Source: an uncultured Planctomycetota bacterium (GTDB lineage Bacteria; Planctomycetota; Planctomycetia; Isosphaerales; Isosphaeraceae). From it: a DNA stretch of 64,000 bases. The notes beneath the pieces are model-generated. The model was not told the origin of the DNA and ran no database searches. It saw nothing but the letters and a program-made list of their open reading frames with translations. Location: positions 736,517 through 800,516 of the forward strand of contig CAWJTV010000034.1 in assembly GCA_963845755.1 (NCBI GenBank), written 5' to 3'. The position numbers and the translations under genes were made by a program. Shown piece after piece: positions 22,478 through 34,403 of the stretch (within the stretch, counting starts at the first letter, position 1; the number at the start of each line of letters is the position of its first letter).

Positions 22478-23865
22478 CTAAGGCTTCGGTCTCACCGCGT
22501 CGGATACTCGGCCGACCGCAGCGACGATCGACTCTTCGACCGCTTCCGACCACGGCGAGGGCTGGCCGTAATAGATCATGGCCGTGGCGCCCTCGTAGCC
22601 GCCTTCCTTTAGGACACGCTTCGAAGGGATGTAGGCCATCACGTCGTTGCAATAGGCCGAGACCCAGGTGTGCGATGAGCCGAGGTTACGCTTCAGCCGT
22701 AGGGAATAGTCGACGACGACCTCGCCGCCCAGGAAGATCCAGGTCAGCCCGTCAAGGCGCCAGGCCTGGACCGGATAGGGATAGTCCGGTTCGAGATGGC
22801 CAAGACGTTCGATCCGTTTCTGGAGATGCTTGGCCCGGCTGGCGATGTAGAAGTTGTCGGACTGAGTGTCGCGCTCGAGCTGCTCGCGCGTCGGGAGGTT
22901 GGCGAAGGCGAGCGGGATCTCCTCGTAGGCCGATTCCATCGACCCGTCGATCGTCTGCATGGGCGTGGCCAGGACGCTCGCCACGCTGGTACCGAGCTGC
23001 TTCCCGTAGGTCTCGGCCAGGTCGAGCGCCGCCGGGGGATCGGATTCTGATCGCCGCCGCAGCCCGCGACGAACAGAGCCGTCGCGCCCGGAAATCGCGT
23101 TTCGAGATCAACCTGGGCAAAGCCTGCGTAATCGCCGGAGAACTTGTAGAAGTCGAGCACGGTGCAATGGCAGGCGTAACCGAAAACCACCGCCATGAGC
23201 GAACCATCCGGCCGTGCGACGCGCAGCACCGGGACATCGTGATCGTCGGGACCTTGCAGAGCGAGTCGCTGCCTCAGCTTGGGAACGTCCGCTTCGCGAT
23301 TGGCGCGGCGATTGACGGCGAATTCGCAGCGCCCGTTGCCCCAGGACATGCGCGCATCCTGGAGCCGGTCGAGTGCCTCACCGGCGACGTTCACCACGGT
23401 GGTCTCGAGCGTCTTCGCGTATTCGGCGATCCGATTCCTCTCGGCATCGTCGATCTTGTACATCGTCAGCAAGTTGGTACCGACAACAGGACCACAGTGG
23501 GTGTGCGAACAGGCGATCACGATGCGGTCGCGGTCCAGCTTGTGACGCATTTGAAGCGTATCGCGAATGCGGTCGGAGAGTTCTCGATCGATGCCGCAGA
23601 CGTCAAGCGTGATCAGCACGGCGCGCCGGCCGACTGGCTCCTCGAGGGCCAGGGCCTTGGCCCAGAGGTCATGCACCGCACCCTCCGAGGCGTGAGTCCG
23701 TGCAGCGTAGCCCGCCATCCACATCGGCGACTTGGGCGTGATCGCGACCCGCGCCGTGCCCGCTCGCCAGCCAGCCCGCGCCTCGGATGGACCGAGCGCG
23801 AGGGCTCCGAGGGCCGTCATAATCAAACAGAACTCGAGAGTAGACCCGGATCGTCGCTTCCTCAT
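22478..23865 (-). CDS. Neutral/alkaline ceramidase N-terminal-domain family hydrolase (frameshift ~23030)
   Basis: ITP...MAGY, SHTHCGP, GYACHCT, GCGGDQNP, GGEVVVDY. Confidence 0.85.
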
Positions 23866-24182
23866 GGCCGTAATCCTCGCAAAGCCCACCCATCGCTCAC
23901 AATCGACTGCGCTACCGGAGGTGCCCAGACCGCGACGGCTACCCCTCCGCCTTCGCCGTTGCCCGGCGTCTCCTCCGATTCATCGAGGGATTCGTCGAGG
24001 CTCTCGAACTCGACAACATCGTCCTCAACCTTACTCCCCAGTTGAGTGTGTACCTCCGCGAAGAAACGCTTGGGGAGCCGGATATTGAGCTGCGCCGCAA
24101 TCGATGTTGCCCAGCATGCATGGAACGATTCCCAGGATCGATGAAGGGAGAGCGGCGGTTGAAAGTGGTCGCGCAGTGGCAT
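23862..24182 (-). pseudogene. Truncated DUF4058-family gene (N-terminal part only)
   Basis: MPLRDHFQPPL...WESFHACWA...GGGVAVAVWAPP is the typical N-terminus; similarity ends at the next gene. Confidence 0.65.
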
Positions 24183-24248
24183 GCCTCATCTCGGTGGATT
24201 GTCGGTTTACAGTCCGGGAGCGCACCAGCTTGCTGAGAAGATCCTCGC

Positions 24249-25552
24249 CTATCCTCCCGAGAGATTCATTAGCGTCTGGGCGTAGGCCATGAGGAGGGCG
24301 ATGCAGACGAAGCCCACGAATCCGCCGAGGATGAGCATCAGCAACGGCTGCACGAGCTGACCCAGGTTCTTGACCATGGTCTCAACCTGTTCCTCGTAGT
24401 CGTCGGCCAGATGCGTGAGGCTTTCGGGCAGCTTTCCGGTTTCCTCGCCGGACGAGACGATGGCGATGACGTCGGGATAGAACTGCCGGCTTCGGGATAG
24501 GGTCGCGCTGAGGTCCTTTCCCGCCAGGACCTCAGCGCGACACGAGCGGACGGCCTGGCGGATCGGGCTCATCATCAGCACGTCGGCGGTCAGGTCGATG
24601 GATCGGCCGTAGTCGAGGCCGGCATCGAGCAGCACGGAGAGGGTCCGGGCGAATCGCGTGGTGTCCACTTTGCGGCAGAGCGAGCCGAATACCGGCATCA
24701 TCAGCACCAGGCGATCGATAAGGTCCTTGCCGGCGGGCTTCCGGTAGAATTGGAGGAGAGCGAAACCCGATCCGACTAGGACCGCCGGGATGAGCCACCA
24801 GCCGAGCGTTGCCATGAATCGGCTGAAGGTGATCAGCGCGACCGTGATTCCGGGCAACTCTTTCTTGCCGGGGAGATCTTGAATGAGCGCCAGGATCTTC
24901 GGCAGTACGAAGACGGTGATCACGCCGATCGAGCCCGCGGCCACGATCAAGACGATGATGGGATAGATCATGGCTGAGCGCGCCTGGCGGATCAGTCGCT
25001 GCCGGGCCTCGTAATGCCGTCCCAGCATCTTCAAGGTCTCCGGCGCGCCCCGCGCGCCTCGGCGACCTTGATCATGCTGACGAACATCGGGTCGAACGTC
25101 CGTGGCTCCGCGGCCACCGCGTCTTCCAGGGTCAACCCCTGACGGATCGCGACCTGGAGGCGGCCGATCACGGGTCCGAGAGCCGTCCTGGCAAACTGCT
25201 TCTCCAGGCTGGAGAGCGACCGCGAGAAATCGATACCGGAGTGGAGATACGTCCCGAACTGGCGGCAGAACTGCGCGAGCTGACCCGAGCTGACGCGGCC
25301 GAAGAGGATCCGCTCGGTCCAGGTCGGCCCGGCGGCAGGGATTTCCGTTTTCTTCTCCGAGCGATCGCGGTTGACTCCCGACCTCGTCGCGCGCGGCTTC
25401 GTCGAGCCGCCGGAGCCGACCGGACTCGGCCGGAACGTCGAGGGGTCCATCGCCGACCCATTCGGACCGGAATCCGGCAGCGGTGGAGGAGTGGACCCCG
25501 GCTTCTTGCGACGCGGGGGGCGCAGACCGGAGTCCTCGAAGTCTCGACTCAT
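24249..25552 (-). CDS. Type II secretion/type IV pilus platform protein GspF/PilC (frameshift ~25045)
   Basis: LAQFCRQFGT, SAMIYP, RFARTLSVLLDAG, GEETGKL. Confidence 0.9.
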
Positions 25553-25760
25553 CGCCGGGTTCCTCAAGACTTGTGCAAAAAAACCCCTCGGGAGGCCGTC
25601 GAGTGGAACGTCCTTCGGCCCGATGGCTCATACCCTTATCGTCCCGAGTGGCGCACCCGCGGTCAAGCCGGCTGAATTGACAGTTGTCGTTGGAGGAGAC
25701 TCGCGATCCGGTTATGGCGGCTTATATCGCCGGGCTGACCGCAGCGGCATCGGTTCCTGG

Positions 25761-27087
25761 CTATCTTCGTTCCCGGGCGAATTTCCCCTGGAGCCGGTAG
25801 ATATTGAGCAGGGCCCTGTCCATCATTTGCTCGCCCGCTCCGAGTTCGGCCAGCGAAACGCCCGGATCGGCGCCGTAACCCCCCTCCGAGGCCGCTTCGA
25901 TCGTCGGGAAATACATCGAATGGCCGTTGCAATAGCCGAAGAACAGGGTGTGCTTGACGTACGAGCGTGCCTTGAGCCGATTGGCATGGTTACAGAAGAA
26001 CTCGCCCGAGCCTCCCACCAGGGCGATCTCACCGTTCAGGAGCACCGTGTTCAGCTCGGCGGCGAGGGATTCGCCGTAGAGCTTGGCGTAGGCGTGCGTG
26101 ATCTCGGGAAAGAAGCTTCGTTCGAAAACGCCGGCGACCCTGGGGTCCTTGAGGTCGAACGCGCGTCTTGAAGTGGAACGTATCGACCATGCCCTTGATC
26201 GACGGGTGCGGTGGGGTCTCGGTCTTGATCGCACGTGCCAACGTAATCACGCGGTCGGCGAGGATCTGACCGAAGTTCTTCGGTTCCCAGGGGCCAGACG
26301 ACGGGTTGGGACTCATGTCGCCCGCCGCCCCCTGCATGAAGATGCACTTGGTGGAGAGCTCGGTCTCGACCTTGTTCTTGAGGAAACCCGGGTAATCGGC
26401 CGAGTACTTGAGGATCTTGCCCTCGGTCATGACCGGGTGCGCGGCGAAGTTGACCAGGATGGCGATCGGCTTCCCCGCCAGGTCGTCAAAGCGAAGGACC
26501 GCCAGCATCGGATCGGTGGCCTTCGGCTGCCGTTTCGTATGCCGGTTGCGGTTCAACGTGACCGACTCGGTTGCAACCCCGAGCCGGGCCGGTTTCAAGG
26601 CCCGGTCGGCTTCGAGGATGACCTCGACGAGCAGATGGGGCAGATTCTGGGAATAGGCCACCGCGGCGTCGAACTTCCCCTTTCCCAGTCCGGGCTCGTC
26701 GAGCAGCTCGATGACGGGTCCGTGGTGCGAGTGGCTTCCGGAGATCAGGACATGGCGGATGCCGGCCCTCTCCGCGATTTCCCGGCGGATGATCGTCATC
26801 ATGGCTTCGGTGGGACCGCGGCCCAGGTCCGTTCCGACGATCGCGAGCTTGTCGTCGCCCGCCGCGATGACGACCGCCTTGGCCATCAGAGGGTCAAGCG
26901 TGCCCTCGCTGGGCGCATGGTGCCGCGCCCCGTATCCCCACATCGGGATTCCGATAGGAGGCGTGATGTCCTTGTCGGCCGCCCCGGCGCGAATCTTAGG
27001 GCCATCGGCCGCCGCCGCGACGACAGCCTGGAGTCCCAACAGCGCCACTGTCAGCGCGCACATCCATCTCAAACTTCTCGAAAGCAT
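25761..27087 (-). CDS. Second ceramidase-like hydrolase (frameshift ~26160)
   Basis: DITPPIGIPMWGY, SHSHHGP, NFAAHP, QGAAGDMSP, GYCNG; signal peptide. Confidence 0.85.
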
Positions 27088-27490
27088 GCTATTCCCCTTC
27101 GCTGGCGTTGACGAACCCGTCGCGGTTTGGCCGCAGTCGGTCGGATTGGCCCTCGGATTCTCCCGAGGATAATCGGGCTTCTCGGTGATCTCTACCGGGT
27201 TCTGGATGCGACCGAACGACTTCAGCCGCTGTTTCCGCTTTTCCCCGCCATTCGGGTTTTCGGGAAGTGAGACCAGGGCCGTTCCCCGAAAGTAGAGCCG
27301 GAATGGGGGAAGTCCGCACTCCAGGACGACACCCTGAACTCTCGCAGATCCGCCAACTTCGAGGTACAATTCGCCTCCGGGGCGCGCCCGAGCTCCCACG
27401 ATTTGTGGCGAAGGTCAACGGGCGACAAACATGAAAGTGTCTGGCCGACGCCCCTGGCGATGCGTGTTCTTCGGTTTCGGAGGTCGGACC

Positions 27491-29302
27491 ATGGCGGACG
27501 CTCCCGATCGCCGCAAAAGAATCGGAAAAGTTGGGGTTGTTTTGACCGCTCTCGCGGTCATTGTGGCGGCCATTGGCATTTACATTTTCCTATCACCGGG
27601 GCAGTATCGAGCGAGAAGGGTCATCGTCCGGTTTGCCCGGGCCCTCGGAAATCTTGTTGGCCAGAGGGATCGAGCCCGGAAACCGATCGAGGTCATCGTC
27701 CGGCAGATCGAACATGGCGATGATTCTCAAAGAATGTCGGCAATCCACGAACTCTCCGGTGACTTGACGGATCCGGCTGACTTCGCGCAGGTGTTTCCTA
27801 ATCTCATTCGGGCCATGAAGGACGAATCGGAGATGGTTCGGGAAGCGGCGGCTTTCGTCGTCGGTAACTCGATTTTTCGCCTGAGTCGTCTGGACTGGCC
27901 CGCCACGGATGAACGGGACCCGACGATCGTGGCGCTCTGCCCCAAGGCCGAGGAGGCGCTTGCGGTCCTGCTCGAGGAGTCTTCGCCAATACGCGGGTAT
28001 GACCTACGATTGATGCCCGCGTTGACCGACGCGTCGGGCATCCCGACAGCGGGCAAAAGCCTGATCATTGTGGCGGACGTGGATCATGTGCTGCAATTGC
28101 GCATCTTCAATGGAGATGGCAAGGCGGTCGTGGATATCGATGAGAAAGGGCTGCCGCCTTTCTCAGACCGCGCCCTTCCTATCGAAAAACTCAGGAAGCG
28201 ACTCGAGAACTTGTGGCCTCCCCACGAGCGGACCAAGAGCGAGAACGACGAGGTCATCACCGCTGTCACCGCAGTCGTCGATCGCACCTCGGATCTCCGC
28301 GCCTGGAGCGGCGAAATCCCTGGCAAAGGTGGCCGAGATCGGGGGGCTCGACGCTCCGCCACCTCGACTGGTCGCGTGCCTGGACGATGAAGATGAGCAT
28401 GTCCGAATGGCTGCAGCAGAGGCCCTGATCTATTATCGCAAGGGTCCCGAGTTGCTTGTTCCCGTGGTGCTGCGACGCATTCCGACCGAAAGTCCGGTTG
28501 TTCGCGATGCATTCAGGGAAGTGTTTTGGTTCGTTCGCCTCGAACCCTTGGTCTTACCAACCTTGATCGAAGGATTGTCGAGCAAGAACATTGATGTGCG
28601 TCTCAATTGCACGGCAGCGATTAACCACATGGGGCGCGACGCCAGGCCGGCCCTGCCCCCCATCCTCGCGTTGATTCGCAAGGAACTCGAAACGCCTCAA
28701 CCTGCCGATGCGAACGATTGCGCATTCCAGCCGGCGTATCATCGCGATGGCGGCCGGGGCGATCGGAGAGCTCACGCCGGATACGGATCACCCACCTGGG
28801 GCCGTCGAGACTTCTCTGTGAGGTCTTGAAGCGTGCGAGTGAAACGGAACAGGGATCGGACCCCAACCGCCCTGTCTCGCCAGCCTCGAAGGCGAAAGCT
28901 TCTTTCGCGTTGAAGGCTGGGAGTGAAGTAATGCAGGCTGAGGCCGCCTGGTCTCTGGGAATCCTCGGCCGATCCGCGGCATCCGCCGTGCCACTCCTCA
29001 TCTCGACGTTCGAGGCCGCCCCGGAGTCTTCCGATGTCGTCCGTGAAGTCATCGCCGAGGCTCTTGCCGAGATCAGCCGAGGGACGCTCGACGAGGACCG
29101 CGTCCTTGCAAGCCTGGCGAAAGCATGGAAAACCGCGCCCAAGAAGCAGAAAACCGTGTTCGCTCGGGCGCTCCGAAGTCTCGGCCCGAAGTCAGAACAG
29201 CTTGTCCCGGATCTCAAACAATGGCCTTCCGACGGAACGCGTTCAGCGATTCGACGCGTTCGATATCCGAGATCCCGACGTGGAATACCTGTGCGTGAAT
29301 AG
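27491..29302 (+). CDS. Membrane-anchored HEAT-repeat protein with in-frame inserted module (frameshifts ~28305, ~28730)
   Basis: N-terminal TM; repeats DESEMVREAAA, DEDEHVRMAAAEAL, AEAAWSLG. Confidence 0.8.
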
Positions 29303-29416
29303 CGTGACTCACGCCTCTCTACGATAGACCGGAGATGGTCGGACCGAGCCGCAATCCCGAGAATTCTGCTCATTTGATCATTAAAATTGGCACTCACCCT
29401 GTTCCTTGGAGACGTG

Positions 29417-30406
29417 ATGTCCATGCGACTCGCCCGAACGATCCTCGCGCTCACGCTCGGCCTGTTCCTGCTCGTATCGAACGGACCTCGTACCGCTGAG
29501 GCGGGCGACGGCCCAGCGGAGAGCAAGCGGTATTTGATCATCCACGCGGATGACGCCGGTATGTGCCATTCCGTGAACCGGGCGACGGTCGAGGCGCTGG
29601 AGAAAGGAATCGTCTCGTCGTGCAGCATCATGATCCCCTGTCCGTGGGTCAAGGAATTCGCGGAATACGCCCGGGCGCATCCGGACAAGGACTATGGGGT
29701 TCATCTCACGCTCAACTCGGAGTGGCAGGTCTACCGATGGGGACCCGTAGCCGGTCGGGACAGAGTCCCGAGCCTCCTGGATCAGGACGGCTACCTCTAT
29801 CGCGACGTGCAATCGGTGGCCAAGCACGCCAAGGTTGAGGAGGTCGAGATCGAGCTCACGGCCCAGATCGATCGCGCCAGGGCACTCGGAATTCCCCTCA
29901 GCCATCTCGACACACACATGGGGGCCGTGGTGAGCCGGCCCGACCTGGTCGAGGTCTATGTCCGGCTCGGCCTGAAGTATAACCTCCCCGTGCTCTTCCT
30001 CCGCAAGATCGAAGGCCCGATCGTTGAGGCGTATCCCTCCTTACGCGAGAGAGGGAAGGCTTTGCTGGCAGCACTGGACGAGAAGCGATTACCGGTGCTC
30101 GACAACCTGGTCCAGTTTTACGGGGGCAATACGCACGAGCAGAGGGTTCAGGACTACCTGAAGGCGCTGCGGGCCCTGCCGCCGGGTGTCAGCCAGCTCA
30201 TCATCCATTGTGGTGTCCTCGACGATGAGTTACGCGCGGTCACCGGTAGCGCCGCCAACCGCGATGGCGACCGCCAGATCTTTACGTCTATGATGATGGC
30301 CGCCGAAATCCAGAAGCTGGGGATCGAGGTCATCTCCTGGAAACAGTTCCGTGCGATGAACGAAGCCGCCGCGCGTGCCAGGCGGGAAAAAGGGATCGGG
30401 AAGTGA
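29417..30406 (+). CDS. ChbG/YdjC-family carbohydrate deacetylase
   Basis: [22 protein letters not shown]; signal peptide. Confidence 0.9.
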   Translation: MSMRLARTILALTLGLFLLVSNGPRTAEAGDGPAESKRYLIIHADDAGMCHSVNRATVEALEKGIVSSCSIMIPCPWVKEFAEYARAHPDKDYGVHLTLNSEWQVYRWGPVAGRDRVPSLLDQDGYLYRDVQSVAKHAKVEEVEIELTAQIDRARALGIPLSHLDTHMGAVVSRPDLVEVYVRLGLKYNLPVLFLRKIEGPIVEAYPSLRERGKALLAALDEKRLPVLDNLVQFYGGNTHEQRVQDYLKALRALPPGVSQLIIHCGVLDDELRAVTGSAANRDGDRQIFTSMMMAAEIQKLGIEVISWKQFRAMNEAAARARREKGIGK

Positions 30407-30432
30407 TCGCTTGAATCTGGAACGCCTCGACC

Positions 30433-31889
30433 TCAGGCCGGCTGCCATTTGAGGACCGGCGTCTTGGCGGCCTTGACCTCATCGGGACGGCTGATCGGGG
30501 TGGTGTGTGGCGCATCGTGGAGCGAATGCGGATCTTCCTGGGCGATTGCGCGGAGGACCGCGGCGAAGGCTTCGAGGGTCTCTCGGCTCTCGGTCTCGGT
30601 CGGCTCGATCATCATCGCCTCGGGGACGATGAGTGGGAAATACACGGTCGGAGCGTGGAAGTTGTAGTCGATCAGCCGCTTGGCGATATCCATGGCCCGG
30701 ATCCGCGCTCCTTGGCGATCGGCCTCGCCGACGCGACGAACTCGTGCATACACGGCCCGGAATAGTGGACCGGATAGGTGCCCTTGACCAGCGACATCAA
30801 GTAGTTTGCGTTCAACACCGCGTGCTCGGCGACCTGCTTCAGTCCCTCGGGTCCCTGGCTGCGGATATAGCAATACGCGCGGAAGAGGACTCCCGTGTTG
30901 CCGAAGAACGTTCGAACCCGCCCGATCGATCTGGGTCGTTCGTGGTCGAGGTGATAGAGACCGGCTTCGCTCCGCGCGACGATCGGCGCGGGCAGGTACG
31001 GCGCCAGGGGCTCCCGGACGGCAATCGGACCGGCTCCCGGACCTCCGCCGCCATGCGGGCCGGAGAAGGTCTTGTGGGGGTTGTAGTGCATCAGGTCGAC
31101 ACCCATGTCACCGGGCCGCACGATGCCGAGGATTGCGTTCATGTTGGCCCCATCGAGGTAGAGCAGGGCCCCCCGATCGTGGAGCAGCCGGGCGATCGTG
31201 CCGATCTGGGGATCGAACAGTCCGACCGTGTTGGGATTGGTGATCATGAATACGGCCGTCTGGTCGTTCAGCTTGGCCCGAAGATCGTCCAGCGCGACCA
31301 GTCCGTTGCTATCGCTCTTGATCGTCACGGCCTCGAATCCTGCGATGTGAGCCGAGGCGGGATTGGTCCCGTGGGCACTGTCGGGGATGAGGACCTGGGT
31401 CCGCGTTTCCCCACGATCGCGGAAGTAGGCCGCCGCGACCATCAGGGCGGTCAACTCACCGTGGGCTCCGGCCGCCGGCTGCAAGCTGACGGCATGCAAT
31501 CCGGCGATCTCGGCCAGGATCTCCTGAAGGTCGAAGAGGATACCGAGCAGTCCTTGCAGCGTTCCTTCATCCTGATAGGGGTGCTGTGCACCGAGTCCCG
31601 GCAGCGCCGCCAGACGCTCGTTCCGCTTCGGGTTGTACTTCATCGTACACGAGCCGAGCGGATAGAAATTGCCGTCGATCGACATGTTGAGCGTCGAGAG
31701 ATTCGTGTAGTGCCGGACCACGTCCAGCTCGCCCAGCTCGGGCAGGGGGGGCGGAGCCGGCGATCGATGCGCGTCGGGAATCAACGACGAGAGTGGTCGG
31801 TCCGGCACGTCGCTATCCGGCAAGATCGCCGTTGTGCGACCGGATCGGCTGGTTTCGAAGAGAAGCGGTTGTTGATCGAGTTTATACAT
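30433..31889 (-). CDS. gcvPB: Glycine dehydrogenase subunit 2 (frameshift ~30705)
   Basis: [37 protein letters not shown]. Confidence 0.95.
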
Positions 31890-31908
31890 GGTCTTCCAAG
31901 TGATCCGT

Positions 31909-32465
31909 TCAAGCAAAGAACTCGGCGACGCGACAGCGGAATCCGGGGATCACGTCGCCGCCATCGATCTCCTGGTTTTCATCCAGCGTGACCGGCTCGG
32001 CATCAGGCCGATAGACTGTGACCGTCCGGCGCTCGGGATCGACCGTCCAGACCAGTAAACTGCCGGCTTTGAGCCACATCTGAGCCTTTTCTGCGACCTC
32101 ATCTTCATCGTCGCTGGGTGAGATCACCTCGACCGCCAGGTCGGGTGCAAACGGAAGGTGTTTCTCGGGCTTGGTGATCGTGGCCAACCGCTCTGTGCGG
32201 ACGAAGCCCACATCCGGACCCCGAACGGTATCGGGATCGCGCTCGACGAGGAAACCCGTCTCGGCAGCCGTAGAGTCTCGCCCATTTGCTGGGCCTCGAC
32301 GTAATTGCCGACAAGTCGACCGATTTTCAGCGAGATCTTCCCGTGTCGCCATCCTGGTAGCGGCATCGTGACAATCTCTCCGCGGATCAGTTCCTGCCGG
32401 AACCCCGTCTCCTCGGGCCAGGCCAGGAACTCATCCGCCGTGATCAAGCGCGTCTGTGTCGACAT
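31909..32465 (-). CDS. Uma2-family PD-(D/E)XK endonuclease (frameshift ~32275)
   Basis: ELIRGEIVTM, GPDVGFV, APDLAVEVISPSD. Confidence 0.9.
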
Positions 32466-32494
32466 GGTCGAATCTCCGCGGGGCCTGTCTGTCC

Positions 32495-33853
32495 TCAGCG
32501 TTCGACTCTCCTCATCGCCTCATTATACGCATCCGCCAGACCATCGATCTCGTCCTTCGTGCGTTTCTCGGTGACAGCGATGAGGATGCAATCGGCCAGG
32601 TCGGGATACCAGCGACCGAGGTCGATCCCGCCGTGATAGCCGAGCCGGCCGACCTCGTCGAGCACGCGCTTCGGGTCCTTCTGGCAACGGACGACGAACT
32701 CCTTGAAGAAAGGACCAGAGAAGGCGAGGGAGAGACCGGGGACCGCGGCGAGCCGCTCGGCGGCATAGTGCGCTTTGCGTGCGGAGAGCTCGGCCGCCTG
32801 CCGCAGGCCGCTCGGCCCCATGACCGCCAGGTAGATGCTGGCCCTCAGCGCGAGCAGCCCCTGGTTGGTACAGATGTTCGACGTCGCCTTTTCGCGGCGG
32901 ATGTGCTGCTCGCGGGTCTGGAGCGTCAGCACCCAGCACCGTTTCCCGTTCCGGTCGGTCGTCTGGCCGACGATCCGGCCCGGCATCTTCCGCACAAAAG
33001 CCTCCCGGCAGGCCATGATCCCCAGGTAAGGACCACCGAAAGCCAGGGGGTTGCCGAGAGACTGTCCCTCCGCGACCACGATATCGGCCCCATAGTCCCC
33101 AGGCCGGTTCAGGAGTCCCAGGCTGATCGGATCGACGATCACGATCGCGAGCGCGCCTCGGGTCTGGGCCGCGGCGAGGATCGATCGAATGTCCTCGAGC
33201 TGGCCGAAGACGTTGGGGTATTGCACGACCACGGCCGCGGTCTGGTCGGTTACGGCTTGAGCGAACGCATCGGCGACGGCCTGTCCGCCCGGTGTGGGAA
33301 CGGTGACGAGCTTCGGCTCCATCTGCGCCAGGTAGGTTGCGAGCACCTGTCGGTATTCGGGGTGGACCGACTCGGCGACGACCACCTGGCCGAACCGACG
33401 CGTGACGGTCAGCGCCATCAACATCGCCTCGGCCGTGGCCGACCCGCCGTCGTAGAGGCTGGCATTCGAGACGTCCAGGCCCGTGAGCTGGGTGACCAAC
33501 GTCTGGTATTCGAAAGTCGCCTGGAGCGTCCCCTGGCTGGCTTCGGGCTGGTACGGTGTGTACGACGTGTAGAATTCGCCCCGGGATGCCAGGTTGTCGA
33601 CCACCGCCGGGATGAAGTGGTCGTAACACCCGCCCCCGAGGAAGCATACCCGCTGGTCGGCTCCCTGGTTCCGCGATAGTCGACTTTGCACCTGGCTGGT
33701 GAGCTCCAGCTCGGTCAAGGCCGGGGGAACCTGAAGCGGCCGATTCAGGCGCAGGTCCGCGGGGATTTGCTCGAAGAGCTGTTCCAGCGAGTCGAGTCCG
33801 ATCGCGCCCAACATCGCGCGGATGTCGTCGGGCGTGTTCGCAATGTACGCCAT
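32495..33853 (-). CDS. gcvPA: Glycine dehydrogenase subunit 1
   Basis: YTPYQPEASQG, REQHIRREKATSNICTNQ. Confidence 0.96.
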   Translation of the reverse strand: MAYIANTPDDIRAMLGAIGLDSLEQLFEQIPADLRLNRPLQVPPALTELELTSQVQSRLSRNQGADQRVCFLGGGCYDHFIPAVVDNLASRGEFYTSYTPYQPEASQGTLQATFEYQTLVTQLTGLDVSNASLYDGGSATAEAMLMALTVTRRFGQVVVAESVHPEYRQVLATYLAQMEPKLVTVPTPGGQAVADAFAQAVTDQTAAVVVQYPNVFGQLEDIRSILAAAQTRGALAIVIVDPISLGLLNRPGDYGADIVVAEGQSLGNPLAFGGPYLGIMACREAFVRKMPGRIVGQTTDRNGKRCWVLTLQTREQHIRREKATSNICTNQGLLALRASIYLAVMGPSGLRQAAELSARKAHYAAERLAAVPGLSLAFSGPFFKEFVVRCQKDPKRVLDEVGRLGYHGGIDLGRWYPDLADCILIAVTEKRTKDEIDGLADAYNEAMRRVER

Positions 33854-33872
33854 GTGGTGTCTGTTCCGGAAA

Positions 33873-33930
33873 GTAGGTCAGGCTTCCCAGCCTGACAGGA
33901 CCGGACGTCAGGCTGGGAAGCCTGACCTAC
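33873..33930. repeat. GTAG-type REP doublet (REPIN-like)
   Basis: Perfect 24-bp inverted repeat GTAGGTCAGGCTTCCCAGCCTGAC with 10-nt spacer. Confidence 0.85.
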
Positions 33931-33957
33931 GCGGGTATCTGCCCGCAAGCCGCCTTT

Positions 33958-34344
33958 TCAGTGGTCTTCTTCAGCCACCTGCTTCTCGTACGCCTCGAGA
34001 TCCATCAGTTTCACGATGGCGGACGGGTCCTCGACGCGGATCTTGATCAGCCAACCCTTGCCGAAGGGATCGTCGCCGAGCAGTTGGACGTTCTTGACCA
34101 CGTCCTCGTTCACCTCGAGGACTTCACCGGCAACCGGTGCGTAGAGGTCGCCGACGGACTTGACGCTGTCCACCGCGCCGAATTGCTGGCCGGCGGCCAG
34201 ATGAGTTCCGATGGGGGGAAGATCGATCGCAGTCAGATCAGTTAACTGGTCCACGGCGAACTTGGAGATCCCCACCGTTGCGACTTCACCTTGAAGGTGG
34301 GCCCACTCGTGGGTCGGCGTGAATCGTAAATCCTTGGGGTCCAT
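33958..34344 (-). CDS. gcvH: Glycine cleavage H protein
   Basis: THEW, lipoyl lysine in VDSVKS, PFGKGWL. Confidence 0.95.
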   Translation of the reverse strand: MDPKDLRFTPTHEWAHLQGEVATVGISKFAVDQLTDLTAIDLPPIGTHLAAGQQFGAVDSVKSVGDLYAPVAGEVLEVNEDVVKNVQLLGDDPFGKGWLIKIRVEDPSAIVKLMDLEAYEKQVAEEDH

Positions 34345-34403
34345 GGAATGCGTTCCTGAGAGGAATCCGCCAAAAGGGTCAAGAACAGACAAGACTCGTA
34401 CAA

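Noticed and set aside
27986..28291. Intein in the HEAT protein
   Set aside because: No N-terminal Cys/Ser block or C-terminal His-Asn; kept only as an inserted module.
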